A stretch of 64,000 bases of DNA from a virus (taxonomy: Duplodnaviria; Caudoviricetes): positions 96,001 to 160,000 of IMG/VR virus record IMGVR_UViG_3300005611_001698; one strand, given 5' to 3'. A program made the position numbers and the translations under genes. Positions 58,408 through 64,000 of the stretch are shown here, in pieces (position 1 is the stretch's first letter; every line of letters starts with the position of its first letter). A model generated the notes under the pieces. That model had not been told where the DNA came from. It saw only the letters and a list, made by a program, of their open reading frames with translations, and searched no databases.

Positions 58408-58550
58408 CAGAACTCAGTGAACTCCTCCAAATAATACTCAGCAGAGACATTGAGTTTCTGACATTCTGTCATGATAGTATCCACTTGTTCACCATTAAGT
58501 TCACAAACTTCATACAGAAAGTGAAGATCTTGTTCGATAGTTGTAATCAT
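58407..58550 (-). CDS. Acidic microprotein (47 aa)
   Basis: Manual translation MITTIEQDLHFLYEVCELNGEQVDTIMTECQKLNVSAEYYLEEFTEF; overlaps neighbours at both ends. Confidence 0.7.
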   Translation of the reverse strand: MITTIEQDLHFLYEVCELNGEQVDTIMTECQKLNVSAEYYLEEFTEF

Positions 58551-58675
58551 TTACGCAGTGGAGAATTAAAGTAACGAGAGAAAGCAGTGAACAAAATAAT
58601 GGCAGTGGAGATGATACCAATCATCCCCAAAATTGTAACACCATCACCAGTGAAGTTGTAAGTTTCAGGCATCAT
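58547..58675 (-). CDS. Single-pass membrane microprotein (42 aa)
   Basis: Manual translation MMPETYNFTGDGVTILGMIGIISTAIILFTAFSRYFNSPLRK; ATGA coupling. Confidence 0.7.
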   Translation of the reverse strand: MMPETYNFTGDGVTILGMIGIISTAIILFTAFSRYFNSPLRK

Positions 58676-58837
58676 TCAAACAGTGTAATTATCCTGGGCA
58701 AATTCATCACATTGGACATTCATTTTCTCCTCATGAATAAACTCTTCAATCGTTTCATCATTTAACCAATGGTCATGGATTTCAGCATAATCTTTCTCCA
58801 TTGAAAGTGCAATTGTGCAGGGATCAGTGTAACTCAT
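58676..58837 (-). CDS. Acidic microprotein
   Basis: Start revised to MSYTDPC (58837), since the longer annotated N-terminus overlaps a hairpin. Confidence 0.55.
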   Translation of the reverse strand: MSYTDPCTIALSMEKDYAEIHDHWLNDETIEEFIHEEKMNVQCDEFAQDNYTV

Positions 58838-58937
58838 TTGATGTGTGATTTGTTGATGATTGTAATCCATTCGGTCGGAGGTGAGAGTTTGTTGAATACT
58901 TTCACCCACCGACCTTGAAACTTAACTAACGTATATT

Positions 58938-59282
58938 TCATGCAAACAAATAACCAGAAACGAAATCATCAGTTTGATAAACATTTTGACCGTTCACACA
59001 TCCAACAAACTTACGAACATACCAAAGAAAATCTTTCTGAAATACACCTTCACCAGCAATACAAAACTCCTGGCAAAGTGCATTAAGACGAGATTTTGTA
59101 GTGACAGACTGATAACCACCATCAAAGATTGTCATGCTAGTGTCATCAATAGTAGCAATCAGATGACCATGAAGATACACATTAGAAACATCTTCACCAA
59201 TATACTTAACCTCAGTGTTTGCACATTTCCAGTTTTGATTGTTCTTGACGGCAGCAATCATTTGAGATTCGATCTTACGCAT
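58938..59282 (-). CDS. Conserved early hypothetical protein
   Basis: MRKIESQM...LHGHLIA...TTKSRLNAL pattern. Confidence 0.8.
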   Translation of the reverse strand: MRKIESQMIAAVKNNQNWKCANTEVKYIGEDVSNVYLHGHLIATIDDTSMTIFDGGYQSVTTKSRLNALCQEFCIAGEGVFQKDFLWYVRKFVGCVNGQNVYQTDDFVSGYLFA

Positions 59283-59315
59283 GAGAGACGATTTGAGAGA
59301 GGTTAGTGTAAAGAA

Positions 59316-59552
59316 TCAGGCGAAGTTGTATTCAGTTTGGTTACGATTGTCTGCTGCTTCCCAATAAGTGTAGAAGTCATTCCATGCTGCTTCGTTATCA
59401 ACAAAGGAGTCGATTCCGAGTTGCTCGCAAACAAAATCGTATGCCATATCTACATCGGCATTTGTGTCATCGACAAAGGACAACATTTGTCCCATAACAT
59501 AATCCCAGGACTGTTGCATTTCAGGAGAGAGAGTGAAGATCGGTTGTGCCAT
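59316..59552 (-). CDS. Acidic early protein (78 aa)
   Basis: Start revised to MAQPIF (59552), directly behind promoter cassette 1. Confidence 0.7.
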   Translation of the reverse strand: MAQPIFTLSPEMQQSWDYVMGQMLSFVDDTNADVDMAYDFVCEQLGIDSFVDNEAAWNDFYTYWEAADNRNQTEYNFA

Positions 59553-59563
59553 GTCGGTTGTGT

Positions 59564-59635
59564 TCCTTTGACTCTTATAGAATACACGATTCTGGGGGTC
59601 GTGCCCATTTTGTGTGACACTTATCCAACTGGCAC
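59564..59635 (-). promoter_or_regulatory. Early promoter cassette 1
   Basis: Palindrome GTGACACTT-N4-AACTGGCAC (59614-59635), 29-nt gap, -10 TATTCT, leader GAGTCAAAGGA. Confidence 0.8.
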
Positions 59636-59643
59636 ACCTCAGA

Positions 59644-60033
59644 TTAAAGATAAAGGAAAGAACCGTAAGCATCACAAATATGAGGATTATCTGCCAACTG
59701 AGTGATCAGATAGCGGACACCTTTTGCAGGTGCTTTGTAACTAGCAGGTTTGTAACATTCACCAGTATTCTTATCAACGAACATCCAGCAAGAACGTCCA
59801 CGAATCTTATCACCAGCATCAGAAAGATAAGACCAAACTTTGATATACTTTCGACCTTCCTCAATTTCCAGTTGAGTATAAACAGAATGACCAGATTCAA
59901 TAGAATTAACTTTCCACTCATTGTTCAGCACTTCGATAAGTGCTTCAGTCAGAAATTGTGGTTTGGTTTGTGTGATCGTCATGTCAAGGTTGTCAGTCAT
60001 TTTAGTGTGAAGATAAGATTTGATAAGTGACAT
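59644..60033 (-). CDS. Early hypothetical protein (paralog A)
   Basis: GRKYIKV...FVDKNTGECYKPASYKAPAKGVRY; 3' end duplicated at 63894-64000. Confidence 0.8.
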   Translation of the reverse strand: MSLIKSYLHTKMTDNLDMTITQTKPQFLTEALIEVLNNEWKVNSIESGHSVYTQLEIEEGRKYIKVWSYLSDAGDKIRGRSCWMFVDKNTGECYKPASYKAPAKGVRYLITQLADNPHICDAYGSFLYL

Positions 60034-60037
60034 AAAC

Positions 60038-60265
60038 TCAGCAAGATGCGGGCATGTATTGTTGTGGTTCAGTCAGGAAATCTGTCACCTGATAACCATG
60101 AATGTCCAGACGAGAATTGCACGTTTCAATCATCTCTTTTTTGTTGAACAATCGCATGGACTGAGTTTCACCTTTGAACTTCAAAGTGTAGACAAACTTA
60201 TCAGTCAGGATAGCATGAGGGCGAAACTCGACAACCATAGAATGACGTTTGGAAGTAAGTTGCAT
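60038..60265 (-). CDS. Early hypothetical protein
   Basis: First gene behind cassette 2. Confidence 0.75.
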   Translation of the reverse strand: MQLTSKRHSMVVEFRPHAILTDKFVYTLKFKGETQSMRLFNKKEMIETCNSRLDIHGYQVTDFLTEPQQYMPASC

Positions 60266-60275
60266 GAGGTGAAAT

Positions 60276-60347
60276 CCCTTTGACTCTTTAATAATACATG
60301 GGATCGGACCCTATGGGGAAAATAGTGGGCACCTTGCCAACTGTCAC
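60276..60347 (-). promoter_or_regulatory. Early promoter cassette 2
   Basis: TGGGCACCT-N4-AACTGTCAC (60326-60347), 29-nt gap, -10 TATTAT, leader GAGTCAAAGGG. Confidence 0.8.
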
Positions 60348-60351
60348 ACCA

Positions 60352-60693
60352 TCAATAAGTATTCTGAAACTGACGAAATAAAATGATTTCCTGTTGCTCA
60401 GCAGCAGATTCTCTCTCCTCAGTATCAGTCAACCCACAAAGATCCTGAGAGACATGCACTAACTCATGAAGTAAAGTAACAATGAAATCCCGTTTTGTAA
60501 GGTCATTATGTAACTCAATCAGAAACTCATTGTCCTCATTGTGTGAGCAGAATCCAACTGCATAATCTTCACTCAAATCAGTGCAATTTACCTCAATCTC
60601 AATATCAGGTAACTGATGCTCTTTTGCATACCACTCAACAACTTCCGCAGCAAGATTGCGACGTTGATTGTCACCAGAAAAGAAAAGTTTCAT
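60352..60693 (-). CDS. Small HEXXH zinc-metallopeptidase-like protein
   Basis: TLLHELVHVSQ followed by a distal E; ATG 60693 in a TGATG overlap. Confidence 0.7.
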   Translation of the reverse strand: MKLFFSGDNQRRNLAAEVVEWYAKEHQLPDIEIEVNCTDLSEDYAVGFCSHNEDNEFLIELHNDLTKRDFIVTLLHELVHVSQDLCGLTDTEERESAAEQQEIILFRQFQNTY

Positions 60694-60863
60694 CAATCGT
60701 TGATAGGTTCGGGATACTTGAAAGATTTTAGAATCTCTTGATAATCACGTTGCTCAACTTCATCAAACTCATATTCTTGTTGTTCGAGACAATAAGAAAT
60801 CAGATCAATTTGGTCGGGAGAAAGTGTAACTTTGAACATTGATTTTGCAAGTGTTGACTTCAT
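60693..60863 (-). CDS. Acidic microprotein (56 aa)
   Basis: Manual translation MKSTLAKSMFKVTLSPDQIDLISYCLEQQEYEFDEVEQRDYQEILKSFKYPEPIND; coupled at both ends. Confidence 0.65.
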   Translation of the reverse strand: MKSTLAKSMFKVTLSPDQIDLISYCLEQQEYEFDEVEQRDYQEILKSFKYPEPIND

Positions 60864-61063
60864 TATTTTACCATATTACGTTGCTTTTTGCATATCGTAT
60901 CAATGTAAGTTCTTGCTGTGATGCAACTACGAAACTTACGAAATTCGTTCTTTGTTCCTAACTCTGTTAGTGCAATGTAACCCTTATTCTTGAAAGGCAT
61001 TGCGACATGATTACCACATTTACATACAATCGGAGGATGAGGATCAAAGATCTGAGTGTTCAT
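60863..61063 (-). CDS. Early hypothetical protein
   Basis: 66-aa ORF with TAATG coupling. Confidence 0.65.
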   Translation of the reverse strand: MNTQIFDPHPPIVCKCGNHVAMPFKNKGYIALTELGTKNEFRKFRSCITARTYIDTICKKQRNMVK

Positions 61064-61347
61064 TAGTCCTCCGTTAATTCTTGTTGAAGCAGCATAAATT
61101 GTTCTTCCGTAAATTCATCTACGCACTCCTGAATCACCTGATAGATGTAATCATTGTTTCCTACATCATTAAAGATTCTTTCAGCAAGTTCAGGATGTTT
61201 GTCGCAGACATAATCATGCTCTCCATCATTATCAACGATAGCACAATCCTCAGCAGTGTAAATCCATGCTGCACAAGGTGCATTTTCACCCTGCAATTCG
61301 ATCATCTTGGTGATACGATCTTTGACTTGTTGAAGAGTGTAGTTCAT
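61063..61347 (-). CDS. Early acidic hypothetical protein
   Basis: 94-aa ORF (QGENAPCAAWIYT). Confidence 0.75.
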   Translation of the reverse strand: MNYTLQQVKDRITKMIELQGENAPCAAWIYTAEDCAIVDNDGEHDYVCDKHPELAERIFNDVGNNDYIYQVIQECVDEFTEEQFMLLQQELTED

Positions 61348-61350
61348 GAT

Positions 61351-61512
61351 TCAGACAGAGAGAGTAACAGAAACTTCTTTAATGTTCAGTCCACAAAGTT
61401 GATTGTAGACCCGATTATTGATGAGATCGCAGGCACGTTTTGCCTTGCTTTTTTCATGCCAGATGGTAACACATCCGTCATTAGTTTCAACCCGAACGCG
61501 ATAGTTTTTCAT
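61351..61512 (-). CDS. Microprotein (53 aa)
   Basis: Manual translation MKNYRVRVETNDGCVTIWHEKSKAKRACDLINNRVYNQLCGLNIKEVSVTLSV; TGATG coupling. Confidence 0.7.
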   Translation of the reverse strand: MKNYRVRVETNDGCVTIWHEKSKAKRACDLINNRVYNQLCGLNIKEVSVTLSV

Positions 61513-61676
61513 CAGTTTTCCTCCCGAACAGTGATAATGTGAAAGTGAGGATTGTTACGGCGACAAGTAGCAATCGCATCCTCTCTTGTAGGAGCAATGT
61601 AACCTAAAAGATCATAGTTTTGATAACCATTAGGTCGGATAAATTCTCCGTAAATTAGAAACTTAGGTTCGTTCAT
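61512..61676 (-). CDS. Microprotein (54 aa)
   Basis: Manual translation MNEPKFLIYGEFIRPNGYQNYDLLGYIAPTREDAIATCRRNNPHFHIITVREEN; first gene behind cassette 3. Confidence 0.7.
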   Translation of the reverse strand: MNEPKFLIYGEFIRPNGYQNYDLLGYIAPTREDAIATCRRNNPHFHIITVREEN

Positions 61677-61695
61677 CAGTCGAGTCGGTTGCTGT

Positions 61696-61767
61696 TCCTT
61701 TGACTCTCTTAATATACACGGAATCGGGGTCCGTGGGGAGAATAGTGGACACTTCTAAAACTGGACC
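61696..61767 (-). promoter_or_regulatory. Early promoter cassette 3
   Basis: TGGACACTT-N4-AACTGGACC (61746-61767), 29-nt gap, -10 TATATT, leader GAGTCAAAGGA. Confidence 0.8.
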
Positions 61768-61970
61768 AATTTTGTTGTGCTGATGCAGAGCAAAAATGCT
61801 AACATGATAACAACATCCCATGACTTAGTTCGGATGAAGAATGGGATTGAAATCATGTCAGCAATTAAGTGCATCATCACTCCAAATGTTACATTTACAT
61901 GCAACACAACAAAATAGGCAGAAACAACTAGAAATGATCCGATGATTCTGCCTAAAATGTCAATCTTCAT
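61755..61970 (-). CDS. Small multi-pass membrane protein
   Basis: 71 aa with three hydrophobic segments. Confidence 0.75.
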   Translation of the reverse strand: MKIDILGRIIGSFLVVSAYFVVLHVNVTFGVMMHLIADMISIPFFIRTKSWDVVIMLAFLLCISTTKLVQF

Positions 61971-62395
61971 ACGGCAAGAGCTCCATCAGGAATCGGCACT
62001 TCCATGACATTATTAACAGTGTATGGATTAGGGCGAAGATCATGACACACCCATTCACCATTTACAAAGTGATAGGCATATTCACCACCACAATTATTAT
62101 CCGAATAAATCAGAAACTCATTGAGGTCTTTATGAAGAACAGGCGGGCAATCTTCACCTCGTTGAGAATAGTATTGGGGACCATAAACACCCTTCACGCC
62201 AGTATCATCCCAGCGTTCATCTGTCCAGCAACAGGACATATCACCACCATCAATCAGTTCCTCAACAAGTGATTTAGAGTTGTAATGTGTGGTGAGAATA
62301 CGACCCAACCACTCAGGATAACCATCCCAATGATGATAAACAGACAGAATAGATCCGTCTTGAAGTTGAAGACCAATGCGTGAACGAGTTGCCAT
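61967..62395 (-). CDS. Conserved phage early hypothetical protein
   Basis: MATRSRIG...YHHWDGYP...GGDMS...EYAY pattern, widespread in phages. Confidence 0.85.
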   Translation of the reverse strand: MATRSRIGLQLQDGSILSVYHHWDGYPEWLGRILTTHYNSKSLVEELIDGGDMSCCWTDERWDDTGVKGVYGPQYYSQRGEDCPPVLHKDLNEFLIYSDNNCGGEYAYHFVNGEWVCHDLRPNPYTVNNVMEVPIPDGALAV

Positions 62396-62397
62396 AA

Positions 62398-62538
62398 TCA
62401 GAAAAGGGAGAGTTGTTGAAAGTTAATATGGTCACAGCAAGAGTCATCGTCTTGCAAATCTATCATGTCGGTATCAACATGCTTCAAGAGTTTGTCAAAG
62501 AGATCATTAACAAACTCTCGGTCTTCGTTAGTAATCAT
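62398..62538 (-). CDS. Acidic microprotein (46 aa) with C-terminal QLSLF beta-clamp-binding motif
   Basis: Manual translation MITNEDREFVNDLFDKLLKHVDTDMIDLQDDDSCCDHINFQQLSLF; ATGA-coupled to the upstream ORF and ends 2 nt before the next ATG. Confidence 0.7.
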   Translation of the reverse strand: MITNEDREFVNDLFDKLLKHVDTDMIDLQDDDSCCDHINFQQLSLF

Positions 62539-62702
62539 CCGCCGAACATTTCATCAAAGAGAGGAGTTTCCTGAAGACGTTGCTGGTCATAAGCATCACG
62601 AACAGCAAAGATTTCTTGCTCAACCATACGAACCTCAGCACGTTTCATTTCAAGTTTGTGACGCAATTCGTAGAGTTTCTGATTACGTTCGGTGATGGTC
62701 AT
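62535..62702 (-). CDS. Coiled-coil microprotein (55 aa)
   Basis: Manual translation MTITERNQKLYELRHKLEMKRAEVRMVEQEIFAVRDAYDQQRLQETPLFDEMFGG; first gene behind cassette 4. Confidence 0.7.
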   Translation of the reverse strand: MTITERNQKLYELRHKLEMKRAEVRMVEQEIFAVRDAYDQQRLQETPLFDEMFGG

Positions 62703-62713
62703 TTGAGGTCGAT

Positions 62714-62786
62714 TCCTTTGACTCTCTTAATATACACGGGATTGGACCCCGTGGGGAGAATGGTGGACACTTTGACCAACTGGCAC
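62714..62786 (-). promoter_or_regulatory. Early promoter cassette 4
   Basis: TGGACACTT-N5-AACTGGCAC (62764-62786), 29-nt gap, -10 TATATT, leader GAGTCAAAGGA. Confidence 0.8.
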
Positions 62787-62949
62787 AGGGGCAGAGTCAG
62801 GGGCAGGGTGGTGAGACTCAAACTAGACTCAAACCGCCCCAGTGATAGCAAGGGTTCTCAAATTATAAACAATGGATTTTCTTGCATTTTGGTTCGGGAC
62901 GGGTGCTAGGTCATCAGCAACGCTCCCGATGCAGGAAAAAACAAAGTTA

Positions 62950-63159
62950 TCAATCAAGGCAGTATTCTTCGTAATTTTCAATACTACCAAACTCTTCCAA
63001 AAAGTAATCCAAAGTAAGATTTTGCTCCTTACAAAATGATACTATTTCATCATAATCTTCCTTGCAATGAAATACTGCTTCGTGCCAATCTGTCTCAACT
63101 GTGAATAACTCAGAAGAGCGGTCTTCAGTGATAATGCCGAAACGGGGAAAGTCCATCAT
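62950..63159 (-). CDS. Acidic early hypothetical protein
   Basis: 69-aa ORF with C-terminal FCKEQNLTLDYFLEEF. Confidence 0.7.
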   Translation of the reverse strand: MMDFPRFGIITEDRSSELFTVETDWHEAVFHCKEDYDEIVSFCKEQNLTLDYFLEEFGSIENYEEYCLD

Positions 63160-63306
63160 TTAACCTCCAACAATAGGGTTGACACCAATCACTTTTGCCT
63201 TAGGATTGCGGACACAGGCTGTCTCTCTTGCATCCTTATAATTGCTGGCATAAACTTCTTCGGTGAAGACTTTGCCACCAACGTATAACTTAACTTCCCA
63301 TTTCAT
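63160..63306 (-). CDS. Conserved cyanophage microprotein (48 aa)
   Basis: Manual translation MKWEVKLYVGGKVFTEEVYASNYKDARETACVRNPKAKVIGVNPIVGG; ATGA coupling. Confidence 0.75.
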   Translation of the reverse strand: MKWEVKLYVGGKVFTEEVYASNYKDARETACVRNPKAKVIGVNPIVGG

Positions 63307-63533
63307 TTTTGATAATACTCCCCGATTGCTTTACTCATTGCGATAAGTTGTTCATGAATCTGATCAACTTCTAGGCGGAGATTCTCATCTTCACCCAGTA
63401 AACTCATCAGATCAACTTCACTCCAGTCCTGCGTTTCAATGCCTCCACCGATATACATTGGGGTGTAATATAGTGTGCCCTCACTATCAATGGAATAGGC
63501 ACAACCTTGCTTGTCAGATGTAAGAATGATCAT
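63303..63533 (-). CDS. Early hypothetical protein
   Basis: 76-aa ORF in a tightly packed operon. Confidence 0.7.
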   Translation of the reverse strand: MIILTSDKQGCAYSIDSEGTLYYTPMYIGGGIETQDWSEVDLMSLLGEDENLRLEVDQIHEQLIAMSKAIGEYYQK

Positions 63534-63535
63534 GA

Positions 63536-63703
63536 TTACCAGATGTTAGTCCAACGAGTGTGATTTGCTTTGGTGATTCTACCTTCTGCCAACATATTGT
63601 CGCAGACATTAACAAATACTTGAAACTTTTCCTCTCTAGTAAGAACATGTGGTGCCGCAGTAGTTGCAATCACCTTGAGCATTTGTGCTTTAGAACGAAT
63701 CAT
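63536..63703 (-). CDS. Microprotein (55 aa)
   Basis: Manual translation MIRSKAQMLKVIATTAAPHVLTREEKFQVFVNVCDNMLAEGRITKANHTRWTNIW; ATGA coupling. Confidence 0.7.
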   Translation of the reverse strand: MIRSKAQMLKVIATTAAPHVLTREEKFQVFVNVCDNMLAEGRITKANHTRWTNIW

Positions 63704-63894
63704 TTTTTGTTCAGAAAGTGTGCTTCAATAATGTCTAAAATCTCACCACATTCATCTGCGGCATCTTCATCAATCAGAAGAGCATAATCCTCAACAGCAT
63801 CAGCAATCAGTTCTAATTGTCGGTCAGTAAATGTCATCTTACGGATTGAAAGATTGTTGAGTTGGTTGATAGTGTCAGTGAAAAGATCAGTCAT
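63700..63894 (-). CDS. Acidic early hypothetical protein
   Basis: 64-aa ORF with TGATG coupling. Confidence 0.7.
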   Translation of the reverse strand: MTDLFTDTINQLNNLSIRKMTFTDRQLELIADAVEDYALLIDEDAADECGEILDIIEAHFLNKK

Positions 63895-64000
63895 CAGAGA
63901 TACAGGAAAGAACCGTAAGCATCACAAATGTGAGGATTATCTGCCAACTGAGTGATCAGATAGCGGACACCTTTTGCAGGTGCTTTGTATGATGCAGGTT
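63894..64000 (-). CDS. 3' end of paralog B of the 59644-60033 gene (partial)
   Basis: Encodes ...PASYKAPAKGVRYLITQLADNPHICDAYGSFLYL*, identical in protein sequence to paralog A; 99/107 nt identical. Confidence 0.85.
   Translation of the reverse strand, partial: PASYKAPAKGVRYLITQLADNPHICDAYGSFLYL

Noticed and set aside
59553-59675. N-terminal extension of the 59316-59675 ORF
   Set aside because: It spans promoter cassette 1; the ATG at 59552 follows the shared AAAGGA leader.
691-63787. All plus-strand ORFs in the track (for example 1609-2376, 15576-16175, 61081-61542)
   Set aside because: They are antisense shadows of well-supported minus-strand genes and have no recognisable motifs.
59644-64000. 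Diversity-generating retroelement TR/VR pair
   Set aside because: All differences are synonymous and not adenine-specific, both copies look coding, and there is no reverse transcriptase in the window.
1-64000. tRNAs, group I introns, inteins, homing endonucleases, stop-codon recoding
   Set aside because: No cloverleaf or intein motifs were seen by eye, and core genes (g17, g20, g23, uvsW, g46) are uninterrupted and of normal length in the standard code. A tRNAscan/Infernal run would be needed to be certain.

Overview
A 64-kb segment of a T4-like cyanomyovirus (Kyanoviridae-type, probably infecting picocyanobacteria). All credible genes lie on the minus strand. Read in the direction of transcription (right to left), the window has five parts. 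(1) 57.7-64 kb: an early region of about 25 small ORFs, many below the ORF-track cutoff, organised by a repeated palindrome/-10 promoter cassette. (2) 56.9-57.7 kb: a mostly non-coding hub with divergent sigma70-type promoters, a G-rich transcript, four exact TTTTCCACA (cyanobacterial DnaA-box) motifs in 34-bp repeats and AT-rich repeats, a candidate origin or DnaA sink. (3) The late virion module: g25, g6, g7, g8, a VrlC/DUF4815-like giant, g13-g16, a g16-g17 insert, g17-g23 and g3, with T4-type late promoters (NNTAAATA). (4) uvsY, uvsW, g55, g47 and g46. (5) A CobT-like vWA/HEXXH protein and a partial DenV-family glycosylase. No tRNA, CRISPR array, intron, intein or photosynthesis AMG was seen. 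The most interesting leads are: a late 607-aa modular protein whose basic modules are separated by gp21-type Glu cleavage sites, one module resembling T3 SAM lyase, next to a paralogous protein with a T4-like capsid-targeting sequence; the DnaA-box array together with an early 46-aa acidic microprotein ending in the exact beta-clamp-binding motif QLSLF (possible takeover of host replication); an Arg/Gly-rich insertion in the VrlC-like protein; and a palindromic bidirectional promoter at g55. All family assignments come from recognising motifs by eye, not from database searches.
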